Positions 27,021 through 36,957 of a DNA stretch of 64,000 bases are shown one piece after another. Below the pieces are notes generated by a model. It worked only from the letters and a program-made list of their open reading frames with translations. It was not told the DNA's origin and searched no databases. The position numbers and the translations under genes were made by a program. Every line of letters starts with the position of its first letter. The first letter of the stretch is position 1. This DNA comes from Candidatus Poseidoniaceae archaeon (lineage in GTDB: Archaea; Thermoplasmatota; Poseidoniia; Poseidoniales; Poseidoniaceae): the NCBI GenBank assembly GCA_965662895.1, contig CBFIJH010000003.1:61150-125149 (forward strand), given 5' to 3'.

Positions 27021-30000
27021 ATGGCGATTATGAGCGAAAGGTCGAGATTTTCAAATTCAAGACACGCCTTGTTCTTGGTTTTGCTTATGTTGACATTGCC
27101 AATCGCATCACAATCTCAGGCTCTGAACATTCCCACTGAATTGGACCAGCCGACCCATGCAGACCCTATTCTCGTCGATGGATTGCCCCCTCTTGTTTGC
27201 GGAGATGATTTGTGTGATCGACCGCTTCGAATGTTCGAACGCGGTGGACGAACAGCCAACATGGAATACGGCTGGTGGCAGGCTTATGGCCCTGATCTTG
27301 ACTGGAACGGAATGGATGACCGTTTGCAACGAATCATGGGAGGGCTTGAGTCGATGTCTCCGACTGCGATTCTTGGACCGGACGGTCGAAAAACAGTGGC
27401 GATTGTCGTTGATTATGCTTGGCTTCCGACGGATGAAGAATCGAAAGCCCTTCATTCCACACTGGAGAAACATGGATGGATCGGTCCCGAAGAAGGTGCC
27501 TTTTTCGAAGTGATTCGAAGCATTGATGCGATTGCAGTCGACAAAGTTCCTGTTTCAGCGCTCATGGATATTTATCATCTCAACGGCGTCGTTGTCGTAG
27601 AAATGCAAAACGTCATGGCACCGAGCAACAATGTAGCCTCGAAAGCAGCACTCGCACGCCCGTCTGAAGTTTACTCAAACACCGCCCACGAACTTGGCTA
27701 TACCGGTACCGGGGTCACCATCGCAGTCCTTGACACAGGCGTTGATAATGAGCACCGATCACTCAACGATTTCGATGACCAGAACGATGAACCTGATGCT
27801 GATGCTACGTCGTATTCTGACAGAAAGTGGATTGCAGGGTACGATGCTACAAGTCAAACTCCTGACGAGTCTGGTAATACGGACCCGGATGATGGGAACG
27901 GTCACGGCACTCACGTTGCAGGGTCTGCACTCGGAACTGGAGACGCTTCGAAAGTGCACATGGGTACTGCCCCGGGTGCAGGACTGATTGACATCAAGGT
28001 TCTAACCGATGGAGGAGGGACAAACTCACAATTTAGTCTTCGAGGACTGCAATGGATGATCAACAATGCTGATACGGATTGGGGCGTGAATTCGACCTAC
28101 ACAGGCATTCAAATCGCGTCGATGTCCTATGGCTCTCTCGGTGGTGGCCCGTTGTTACCCGGTGACTCTGGTGACAATGGTACAAGCGCCGAAGCAAATC
28201 TTGTCAATCAAGCAACATCCGCAGGAATCGTTTGTGTTGTTGCGATTGGTAACGACGGCTCCAACCGCGTACCTTCGCCTGGAAGCGCGGATACAGCCAT
28301 AACGATTGGTTCTGTTGATGACAACCAGACCGTCATCCGAACCGATGATATAGGATCAGATTTCTCCAACTATGGCCCGAGGGATTCTGATAATGATGAT
28401 GATGATGTGGATGAACAGAAACCCGATGTTACTGCGTTTGGTTCAAACATTACGTCAGCAACCTACGCAGCTTCTTTTGTCCCAATTCCTGGATCAGAGG
28501 TAGCATTAGCGGATGACCAATACGATTCGAAATCAGGAACGAGTATGGCGACACCAATCGCTTCAGGTGTTGTTGCGCTTGTCCTGGAGGCTGACCCTTC
28601 TCTCACCCCAGAAGAAGTGAAAGAGATCATACGACTTTCATCAGAACCTCGAGGTGAACCTGCAGACTCAGACATCTCTCGGTGGAATGAGACTTTTGGT
28701 ATGGGAATCATCGATGCAGCCTGTGCGATTGCGATCGCCACCGGTTTGATTTGTGACAACGGCTTGAGGGCAAAGACGAGTGACGTCAACATCACCTTCC
28801 CTGTCAACGGTACCTGGGTTATGGCGAACACAACAACCCGTATTTCAGGAGAAGTCAATCTAACCGAGGTCGATTATGAAAAAGTTGAGATTAAGATTGA
28901 ACAACGGTTCATCTTTAGAGACAAGAACAACGATGGCAAGAACGACAAGCCACCACGAACGCTCCTTGATTGGACGGAAGTCAATGGTTCGCTCGATTAT
29001 TGGTTCTACGACCTTGAACTGCAGGACTCGTGGGTTGCTTCAGATGATGAATTTATTGTCGTTTACGGGCTTGCCTCAGATGCTGAGGAGAATGAGTCCG
29101 AAATAGCGATACGAACCTTCCAACTTTCACGAACAGGTATCACTCTTGAAACGCCAATCTCAAGAAATGTGTTGAGTGGGACGATTGAAGTAACCGGTCA
29201 AGTTGAAGGTGTCGAACACGATCGTATCGAATACAAAGTCGATGATGGTGATTGGAAAACGGGTACTGAATTGACTGTACACGATGGTCCGGGACAAGAC
29301 GGCTACGATGAATGGATGTTTAATTGGGATACCACCGAAGTCGCTGATGGATACAGAGAACTCTTTGTTCGAATGGTCAACAAATCAGGCTTCTCGAGCG
29401 AGATTGAATCACGCAGTTACACCGTTGACAACGTTGCCCCTGCACCATCATTGAGGTTCCAAGGTGAGGTCGAGATTTTTGACCAAAAGTTACCTGCAGA
29501 TACAGTGTACGCAGGTAGTTTGTTGGAAGTTCAATTTGAAGTCTACAATGCAGGAGACAAAGCCGCATCCGATGTTTTTGTCCGACTTACTGCGCCGGGG
29601 GAAGAATCGGAAGTTTATCCCTCACAAGGACTCATCCCTTCACTTGAGAAAGGCGAATCTGTTGGTGTGACCTTGTTTTGGCAGGCCAGCGTAGCCGGTC
29701 TTCATGAGGTGAAAATTGAACTTGATCCAAACGATGTTCAGGGAGATTTAGAACCAGAGGACAACGTCTTGACATTCCCATTTGAAATCTTTGAACGTCC
29801 ATCTCAACCTGTACTCCGTTATCTTCCAGGAGCAGTAACGACGCTACCGAACGTTCCTTTGGCTGATGAAGAGTATACGATTTCCATTCGAATTGATAAC
29901 CTTGGCCAATCAAACGCTGTAACGCTTGACATGCTCCTTGAGTACTTGGATCCTGTTGACGGGTGGCTGCTTGTTGATGAGGAACGAATTGGATTTGTTC

Positions 30001-31910
30001 CGGGAGCAACAACGGAATCGGGCTCTGCAACGGCGCAATTCCGCCACAACAGCAAAGACATCGGAGCAGTTGTCTACCGTGCCACATTGACAGGCGATGG
30101 TGTCGAGAGCGAATTTAGTCAGTACACCTTCACCGTTGTTACCAGCGATGTATCCACAGGTCAAGGCTCTTCAACGCTCTCACTATCGGAATCTGAGATC
30201 CCAGTCGCTTTCGCAGGAATAGAGACCTCCACGCTGTTGTTTACAACGGTCGATGGAGAATTGCATGTCCGCTCGATTAACGACAATCTCATGCTGTTGA
30301 CGGATACCCTCATCGATCAAAACTGGGGCGGAGAGATTGACGTGATTGTACGTGAAGATGGTCTTGTCCATGCAGCATGGACAAGTCGAAAACAATCGGA
30401 ACAAGGATACTTCCTTAACGATGTAGCCATGACTTCCTTTTCCGCAACCGGCCAGATGCTTCCAATCCATCACCACCTTACACCTTTGAAAATCTCAGAG
30501 GGTCAGTACTGGGGTCTTGACCTTGCTGAAGAAGACGATACAGTTGTCCTTTCAGGATATTTCCGTAATATTTCTACAGGAGGTTCTTGGTCCGACTTGA
30601 CATCAATCTTCAGTATTCATTCCAGTACACCAGATGACGGTGAAAATTGGACAAACATGATCACGCACTTACCCGTTGTTGACCTTCACCCAGACGATGG
30701 TGACAAACTTGCAACTCTCCTTCATGACGGTATCCTGCACATTCTTTACCAAGAATTACGGGACGATGTAACCGGAAACGAACGAACAGGACTCATGTAT
30801 TCACGCGGTGAATTAACCTCGAACCTCTGGTCGTATCAATCTTCGATTGGAGATGAGGCACGTTCTGCACAACTTGGTATGCTTGCCGATGGCGAAAACA
30901 AGTTTTTCTTCGCTGGATGGATTGAAGGCTCTGGTCGAGATTCGAGCATCGTCGTACTTGCAACGAAAGGGGAATGGGGTGAAGATGTTCAACGAATACC
31001 TGCACCAGGAGCAACAAAAGTACTTTTCAATCAACGCGATGATGTGATTGAAGTTGTTCATGATGAAATTACAATTCGCGGAGTCGTTTCCCGATATGGG
31101 TTGTTGACAACTCAGAAACTAAATTCTGAAGAAGTTCCCGTCATTGGTTTGTCGAACATTGTTTCCGAAAAGAAATCATTGCTTGGGTACAGCATGAATA
31201 CAAAGGATGGTCTTCTGTTCACGGTATCTCCTACAGGTCGCTTCTCCATGCAAAAATTCCTCATGGATACGCCCCAGGAACCTGAAGAGCAAAAATCGTT
31301 GCTTGAACAGCTCTTGGAACCACTGCCTGGTTCTTACGAAACAAAACTCGGTATCTTTTTTGCTATTCTATCGGTCTTGGTATTGATTTTCGTGATGGTG
31401 GGCATTACTTTGCGCTCCGGCAATAAGGAAGACGAAGCATTGGATGGCTTGGCTGTAGAAGAAGATGAAATCGCCATCTTGGTGCAGGTTGAAGAAGACG
31501 AACCCGAGGAAGAACTCGTTGCATCCGTTCCTGTCGCTGCTCCGATGGTTGTTGAGATGGAGGAACCTACGCTCTCTGAAGAGTTGGAGGCGAAGAGCAT
31601 CGCAGGTGAGGGGAATGCGAGATTGAATCGTCGAATGAAGCGGAAACAAGATCGTGAAATCGCGGAAATCGTTTCAAAAGGACTCCCTCCTCTACCTACC
31701 CCGATGCCGTTACCAGTTGATTCTCCTACAGAGATTGCTCCTTCGATTCCAGTCCCAGAAATCGCGCCTGGAGCATTGCCTCCATTGGCAGATTTGCCAC
31801 CACTTCGACGACAGGCCGTTTGCCCGGCATGCAACGCAAACTTCCCAGTGACGGACTTGATGCGTGCGAGAGTCGTTTGTCCCATCTGTTCGGAACAATT
31901 CAGTCTGTGA
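27021..31910 (+). CDS. Giant membrane-anchored subtilase (S8) with Ig-like/CARDB domains, TM anchor and C-terminal zinc ribbon
   Basis: Signal peptide, VLDTG, HGTHVAG, GTSMATP, CARDB-like VYNAG...DNVL, TM LGIFFAILSVLVLIFVMVGI, then a Pro-rich tail with CPAC..CPIC. Start is 27021 or 27030. Confidence 0.92.
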   Translation: MAIMSERSRFSNSRHALFLVLLMLTLPIASQSQALNIPTELDQPTHADPILVDGLPPLVCGDDLCDRPLRMFERGGRTANMEYGWWQAYGPDLDWNGMDDRLQRIMGGLESMSPTAILGPDGRKTVAIVVDYAWLPTDEESKALHSTLEKHGWIGPEEGAFFEVIRSIDAIAVDKVPVSALMDIYHLNGVVVVEMQNVMAPSNNVASKAALARPSEVYSNTAHELGYTGTGVTIAVLDTGVDNEHRSLNDFDDQNDEPDADATSYSDRKWIAGYDATSQTPDESGNTDPDDGNGHGTHVAGSALGTGDASKVHMGTAPGAGLIDIKVLTDGGGTNSQFSLRGLQWMINNADTDWGVNSTYTGIQIASMSYGSLGGGPLLPGDSGDNGTSAEANLVNQATSAGIVCVVAIGNDGSNRVPSPGSADTAITIGSVDDNQTVIRTDDIGSDFSNYGPRDSDNDDDDVDEQKPDVTAFGSNITSATYAASFVPIPGSEVALADDQYDSKSGTSMATPIASGVVALVLEADPSLTPEEVKEIIRLSSEPRGEPADSDISRWNETFGMGIIDAACAIAIATGLICDNGLRAKTSDVNITFPVNGTWVMANTTTRISGEVNLTEVDYEKVEIKIEQRFIFRDKNNDGKNDKPPRTLLDWTEVNGSLDYWFYDLELQDSWVASDDEFIVVYGLASDAEENESEIAIRTFQLSRTGITLETPISRNVLSGTIEVTGQVEGVEHDRIEYKVDDGDWKTGTELTVHDGPGQDGYDEWMFNWDTTEVADGYRELFVRMVNKSGFSSEIESRSYTVDNVAPAPSLRFQGEVEIFDQKLPADTVYAGSLLEVQFEVYNAGDKAASDVFVRLTAPGEESEVYPSQGLIPSLEKGESVGVTLFWQASVAGLHEVKIELDPNDVQGDLEPEDNVLTFPFEIFERPSQPVLRYLPGAVTTLPNVPLADEEYTISIRIDNLGQSNAVTLDMLLEYLDPVDGWLLVDEERIGFVPGATTESGSATAQFRHNSKDIGAVVYRATLTGDGVESEFSQYTFTVVTSDVSTGQGSSTLSLSESEIPVAFAGIETSTLLFTTVDGELHVRSINDNLMLLTDTLIDQNWGGEIDVIVREDGLVHAAWTSRKQSEQGYFLNDVAMTSFSATGQMLPIHHHLTPLKISEGQYWGLDLAEEDDTVVLSGYFRNISTGGSWSDLTSIFSIHSSTPDDGENWTNMITHLPVVDLHPDDGDKLATLLHDGILHILYQELRDDVTGNERTGLMYSRGELTSNLWSYQSSIGDEARSAQLGMLADGENKFFFAGWIEGSGRDSSIVVLATKGEWGEDVQRIPAPGATKVLFNQRDDVIEVVHDEITIRGVVSRYGLLTTQKLNSEEVPVIGLSNIVSEKKSLLGYSMNTKDGLLFTVSPTGRFSMQKFLMDTPQEPEEQKSLLEQLLEPLPGSYETKLGIFFAILSVLVLIFVMVGITLRSGNKEDEALDGLAVEEDEIAILVQVEEDEPEEELVASVPVAAPMVVEMEEPTLSEELEAKSIAGEGNARLNRRMKRKQDREIAEIVSKGLPPLPTPMPLPVDSPTEIAPSIPVPEIAPGALPPLADLPPLRRQAVCPACNANFPVTDLMRARVVCPICSEQFSL

Positions 31911-31919
31911 GGTTTGAAG

Positions 31920-33737
31920 ATGTGTGGTATCTTTGGTTATATTGGAAAGAAGAACGCATCTGAATTGCTCATCAATGGTTTGCTTCGGCTCGAATATCGT
32001 GGATACGATTCGAGCGGCATTGTCGTCAAAAATGGCCACCTCGAATCCTACAAGGATATTGGAAAAGTTTCGGAGATGGCATCGTCACTTCCTCGATTGA
32101 AAGGTTCGATTGGAATTGCACATACACGATGGGCAACGCATGGAGGTGTCACGAAAGAAAATGCTCATCCGCATTTGAGCAACGATGGAAAAGTTGCCAT
32201 CGTTCACAATGGGATTCTTCAAAATTCAGAAACCTTACGCAAACGTCTTACACAATTAGGTGTACAACTCAATTCAGAAACCGATTCGGAAATTTTTTGT
32301 CACTTCATTGCAAGAGAACTTGAACAAGGCAAAGAACCACTGCAAGCACTTCAAAGTGTCCTATCGATGGCGAGAGGCACTTGGGGCCTGTGTGTCTTGT
32401 TTGAAGATTATGACTATGTCTTGTGCGCTCGAAATGGCTCTCCTCTGATTATCGGCCGAGGAAACGGTGAGATGTTCATCTCGAGCGATCCACACGCTAT
32501 CCGAGAACATACGGATCAACTGGTTGCACTTGAGGATGGTCAAATCGCAAAATTAGAACTTGATGCATTTCAGGTGATGCAGACCGATGGAAAAGAGGTA
32601 GAATCCGTCCCTCTCCATTTGGAAGAGGAATGGGGCGAGAGCGAACTTGGAGAATACCCGCATTTCATGCTTAAAGAAATACACGAACAATCCCAATCAC
32701 TCCAACATTGCATTTCAGGCCGTCTTAGGAATGCTGAAGGTACATCCGTGCTGGGCGGCCTGCAGATTCAGCCGCACGATCTTGCAGAACTTCCGCATGT
32801 ACGACTTATCGGATGTGGAACGGCATTGCATGCAGCACAAATCGGACAAATTATCATTGAACAATGGGCTCGTATCCCTGCTGTTTCTCATGTAGCAAGC
32901 GAGTTTAATGCGAACGACCCAGTCATCAACCCTCGAGCGCTTCACCTTGCAATATCGCAATCGGGTGAGACTGCGGACACGTTGTCAGCTGTGAAAGAAA
33001 TTCAACGCAAGGGTGCAGATGTTTATGGAATCGTTAATGTCGTTGGGTCAAGCATTGCTCGACAATGCGGCAAAGGCGTTTACATTCACTCGGGACCTGA
33101 GCAATCTGTTGCGTCCACCAAGGCATTCACCAACATGGTCGGGGCTTTGGCATTGTTTTCACTACAACTTGGCCGTAGTCGACACCTTTCAAAAACCAAA
33201 GGCAAAACAATCGCCCGTGAAATGAGAAAACTCCCTGACAAAATCCGAAATTATCTTGAGAATCCAGGCCCAATCAAGGAAGCGGTTGATATGATTGTTC
33301 AAGCAAAAAGTGTCCTCTTTTTGGGTCGCGGAATTTCATCTCCAGTGGCCTCTGAGGGTGCGCTCAAATTGATGGAAATTGCCTACATTCCCTGTCTTGC
33401 TTATCCTGCAGGAGAAATGAAACACGGGCCAATTGCTTTGATCGATGAGGATTATCCGGTTGTTGTTATTGCTCCGAACGATGGTGTTCAAGACCGAACC
33501 TTGAATGCGATTCATGAATGCAAAGCACGGGGTGCCAAAATTATCCTCATTCATGAAGAAGGTGACACAATTTCAGAGTATGGTGATATCAGTATCGCCT
33601 TCCCATCTACAATACCAATGCTAACACCATTATTGAGCGTCTTACCGACACAACTGATTGCATACCATGCGGCACTTGCGCTTGGCAATGATGTCGATCG
33701 TCCACGAAATCTCGCAAAATCCGTCACAGTCGAGTAA
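31920..33737 (+). CDS. glmS: Glutamine-fructose-6-phosphate transaminase
   Basis: MCGIFG, HTRWATHG, SQSGETAD and RNLAKSVTVE. Confidence 0.97.
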   Translation: MCGIFGYIGKKNASELLINGLLRLEYRGYDSSGIVVKNGHLESYKDIGKVSEMASSLPRLKGSIGIAHTRWATHGGVTKENAHPHLSNDGKVAIVHNGILQNSETLRKRLTQLGVQLNSETDSEIFCHFIARELEQGKEPLQALQSVLSMARGTWGLCVLFEDYDYVLCARNGSPLIIGRGNGEMFISSDPHAIREHTDQLVALEDGQIAKLELDAFQVMQTDGKEVESVPLHLEEEWGESELGEYPHFMLKEIHEQSQSLQHCISGRLRNAEGTSVLGGLQIQPHDLAELPHVRLIGCGTALHAAQIGQIIIEQWARIPAVSHVASEFNANDPVINPRALHLAISQSGETADTLSAVKEIQRKGADVYGIVNVVGSSIARQCGKGVYIHSGPEQSVASTKAFTNMVGALALFSLQLGRSRHLSKTKGKTIAREMRKLPDKIRNYLENPGPIKEAVDMIVQAKSVLFLGRGISSPVASEGALKLMEIAYIPCLAYPAGEMKHGPIALIDEDYPVVVIAPNDGVQDRTLNAIHECKARGAKIILIHEEGDTISEYGDISIAFPSTIPMLTPLLSVLPTQLIAYHAALALGNDVDRPRNLAKSVTVE

Positions 33738-34457
33738 TCAGAGAACAGTAAATCGCTGTTCATCCTGTTTCCAGTTGAACGGTTTGTAACCCAATGCGTG
33801 ACGCGTATGGCGCATCTTGATGATGCCGAGTTTCCGTTGAACGTCGTCCTCTTTCCGATCCATAACCAGGTGGATGACACCATCGGAGAGGTAGTCTTCG
33901 ACCCCATACTCGCCAAATTGTTTGTGATTCTCTCCAGTCATTTCGCATATGAAAAACGAGGTGAGCTCAAGTCGTCGCACCGCTTCAAAGAGGCGAAAGA
34001 TTTCATCTCGTGGATTTTCCATCTTTGTGAGCGTGAAAAAAGCACCAAGTGAATCAAAAACCAACAATTCAAACCCAATTGATTTTCTGTAGTTGGTGAG
34101 TTGTTTGATAAGCTGCCCCATCCAATCAACGCGCTTGCTCATGCCTTGTTCGTCAAGTTGGACTCGTAAGTCAGACAGATCAATGATTGCAATCCTGTTG
34201 CGAACTCGAGGGTCATCAACATTCATCCCCATGTTTGACATGTGGGCTCTCAACGATTCCTTGCCTTGTTCAAGAGTGACGTAAATCCCACTTGTTTCAC
34301 CATACAACACTGCATTGTAGAGCATTGAGAAGGTCACGCTCGATTTCATTGCACCCGAGGCTCCTGCGACAATGCAAATGTGTCCTTTCGGGATGCCGCC
34401 TTGCATGTTCTCATCAAGTCCTTCCACATGCGTGGGAATTCGTTCCATAATGTCCAT
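33738..34457 (-). CDS. Single-domain KaiC/RAD55-like RecA-superfamily ATPase
   Basis: GLDE...GGIPKG, GASGAMKSS, YVTLEQ, DSL, SDGVIHL and IKMR motifs. Confidence 0.88.
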   Translation of the reverse strand: MDIMERIPTHVEGLDENMQGGIPKGHICIVAGASGAMKSSVTFSMLYNAVLYGETSGIYVTLEQGKESLRAHMSNMGMNVDDPRVRNRIAIIDLSDLRVQLDEQGMSKRVDWMGQLIKQLTNYRKSIGFELLVFDSLGAFFTLTKMENPRDEIFRLFEAVRRLELTSFFICEMTGENHKQFGEYGVEDYLSDGVIHLVMDRKEDDVQRKLGIIKMRHTRHALGYKPFNWKQDEQRFTVL

Positions 34458-34552
34458 AACCTCGCCTCGATTTGAGGAGAAGCATTCAACACTTGAAATT
34501 CACCCTCGATTTTTTTCAAAAGTCTGATGAGGCCTATCGCCTAGGACTTGTT

Positions 34553-35137
34553 GTGCGCATCCTTCTTGCATCAGCTTCACAACGAAGAGCTGAAATCTTA
34601 GCGAAACGCTTTCCAGATGTTCGACAGAAGGCGCTGGAAGGTGTCAATGAGCGCGTACCGCGTGGGCCAATATCGCAACAGGTAGAACAGGTTGCAGCAC
34701 GAAAGGCGGATTCTGTTGAAATCAATGATGAGGCAGATGTGTTTGTTGTTGCAGATACGCTTGTCGAAGATCCGGACGACCATTGGGAAGCATTGGGCAA
34801 ACCGTCGACAAAACATGAGGCTACGACGATGCTTCTCAGATTGCGAGGGTCTCGGCATCGAGTATGGTCTGCTACGATGCTCTATGTTGCAGGGCAATGG
34901 CAGACCAGTGTTGAATCCGCACTGGTTGAAATCGAAGAGTTTTCCGATGATGATTTAATTGAACTTATTGAATCCAACTCATGGGTCGGTAAAGCAGGTG
35001 GTTACGATTTGGCTGGAATGATGGGACAGTACGCAACACTCATCGAAGGCTCAGAATCAACAGTTCTCGGATTTACTCAAACGTCGCTGGATTTACTTGA
35101 AGAGATTCAATCGTTGTTTTCGATAAGTCGATCGTAA
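34553..35137 (+). CDS. Maf family nucleoside triphosphate pyrophosphatase
   Basis: ILLASASQRR, ADT, GKP and GKAGGY motifs. GTG start at 34553. Confidence 0.9.
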   Translation: MRILLASASQRRAEILAKRFPDVRQKALEGVNERVPRGPISQQVEQVAARKADSVEINDEADVFVVADTLVEDPDDHWEALGKPSTKHEATTMLLRLRGSRHRVWSATMLYVAGQWQTSVESALVEIEEFSDDDLIELIESNSWVGKAGGYDLAGMMGQYATLIEGSESTVLGFTQTSLDLLEEIQSLFSISRS

Positions 35138-36393
35138 AACATTGGCATTCGATACCAATTATCGGATGGAAAGACTGTGTGACGTATAAACAAAACAGCA
35201 AGAAGAATCGAGGCAATGGCCTGCAAACCGACCCAAATGTAGATTGGGAGATATTCTCGTTCGAGTAAAATTGATGCATCAAACAGTGACCATGCCATGA
35301 GCGCACCTGATGCGAGGAACATGAAGATCAGATGCCAATGTGTAATCCGGGAAGACGGTGAATAGTGCAGATGGTCTTCGTGAAGATATATCGCAAACCC
35401 ACAAACGATAAAGAAACATGAATAGGCGATGAGAAGCCAGTGTGCCGGCTGGACATTTGCGAGTCCTTCATGACCCGTCCAAATCGGTGCAATTGAAACA
35501 AGAGCGAGAGCAGGGATGAGCAAATAACCAACGAACACAAACCTGGAATGAGGCTTTGCGTACGTTCCAATCGACAGACGCATCACTTTTATCGGATTCA
35601 TCATAAAGAAGACGTTCAATAAAACGAGGGCAAACATCGCATCAACCATGTCTTCTGAAACACGTTCTCTCGCTCGAAGGAAACTCAAGATGATGTAACC
35701 TGCTCCGAGGAGAAGGAGCATTGCGAACCGAAGAGGTAGTGTTCTTTGAGTGGTTGTGTTCCAACCCAATCTCCGGTTAAAATGCGACAACAGTGTTGTC
35801 GACATCATCATTGTGCAGAAGATTGCTACAATAAAGGCAACTCCAGCTTCAATCATTCCTGTTTGTTCACGTGCGAACCATGCGACTGCAACGAGCAGTG
35901 CACAACCGACAAGAACAAGTCCTGGGGCATAAGAAAAAACACCAACTTCTCCGGCATTTGATTTTTGTTTGACAATATCCATTGCGGAAGATGTAAGTGT
36001 GAGCAATGCAAGGCACATGAGAACGATACCAATGCCTGCTAATTCAAGAAAGAGGTTCCAGTTTCCGGAATAGATTCCAACGTGGATGAACACTTGACCA
36101 ATCGCATTGAGCTGGAGAAAATGCCGCATCGTTGTTTTTTCAAATGAAGGAATGTTGTAAACAAGAGGAAGTGTATCGAAGGCAATTCCTGCGAGAATAC
36201 CCATCACAGGACCGAATGCAAACAGGGTAATCAAAACGTAGTTCATGACTGATAATCGCTCCTCGTTTTCAAAAAGTTCGTACGGTGAAAAGAACGTCAA
36301 CCAAGTGAGGAGAAACGTCAAAGCGATGAAGAAAATCATCGCAGAGGTAAACAGTTCAAGGTAAGAACCGGCGAACTTTTCCTTTCGGCCCAC
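35107..36393 (-). CDS. Polytopic membrane protein (~12 TM), unknown function
   Basis: Hydrophobic 428-aa ORF with a GAGGTGA SD before the GTG start, directly after sepF. Confidence 0.75.
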   Translation of the reverse strand: MGRKEKFAGSYLELFTSAMIFFIALTFLLTWLTFFSPYELFENEERLSVMNYVLITLFAFGPVMGILAGIAFDTLPLVYNIPSFEKTTMRHFLQLNAIGQVFIHVGIYSGNWNLFLELAGIGIVLMCLALLTLTSSAMDIVKQKSNAGEVGVFSYAPGLVLVGCALLVAVAWFAREQTGMIEAGVAFIVAIFCTMMMSTTLLSHFNRRLGWNTTTQRTLPLRFAMLLLLGAGYIILSFLRARERVSEDMVDAMFALVLLNVFFMMNPIKVMRLSIGTYAKPHSRFVFVGYLLIPALALVSIAPIWTGHEGLANVQPAHWLLIAYSCFFIVCGFAIYLHEDHLHYSPSSRITHWHLIFMFLASGALMAWSLFDASILLEREYLPIYIWVGLQAIASILLAVLFIRHTVFPSDNWYRMPMFYDRLIENND

Positions 36394-36402
36394 ACATTCA
36401 CC

Positions 36403-36957
36403 TCAAGATACGCTCAAGAGTCGAGTAAGACCCAGTTCATGTTTTTCGATATCAACCACGACGTCAGCTCCTGGAATGAGCAGCAACTTGTCTTCGGAAT
36501 CAAGCGCGAAGACACCAACTCCGATTTGTTCACACATGACTCGGAGTTCTCGTCGACATGCTTGCTGATGGGACTCCATGTGAACGAGGGTCCGAAGGTC
36601 AACGACGACGGTATCGCCTTGTACAATTCGTTGAGCAATTTCACGTGTACGAATTCGATGTTTTTCATCGGGTTTCACATAACGTAGCGCTCGGTTCGGC
36701 CGTAGATTCGAACGAATTCCGTGGCTTGAAAGATCGTGAAATGGTTCCCCATCCGGTGTCATAGGACCGTTCCAGTCTTCGATTTGAGTGGGGCTGGATT
36801 GTGGTTTCAAATCCTCGGCAACAGGTTCCTGAACTTTACTGGGTTCGCTCGTCAATTGCTGATTTTGTGACGTTCTTCGTCCGTCAGAACTTCTCGGAAG
36901 AACACCAGCATCAGGATCGGGTAGACCAAAAAATTGCCACAAGTTTCCCATTCGCAT
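36403..36957 (-). CDS. sepF: Cell division protein SepF-like
   Basis: N-terminal amphipathic LWQFFG, disordered linker, then a C-domain IAQRIVQGDTVVVDL...LLLIP. Confidence 0.75.
   Translation of the reverse strand: MRMGNLWQFFGLPDPDAGVLPRSSDGRRTSQNQQLTSEPSKVQEPVAEDLKPQSSPTQIEDWNGPMTPDGEPFHDLSSHGIRSNLRPNRALRYVKPDEKHRIRTREIAQRIVQGDTVVVDLRTLVHMESHQQACRRELRVMCEQIGVGVFALDSEDKLLLIPGADVVVDIEKHELGLTRLLSVS

Noticed and set aside
28388-28412. (GAT)n run as a microsatellite or phase-variation tract
   Set aside because: It is an in-frame poly-Asp stretch in the subtilase, likely an acidic or Ca-binding loop.
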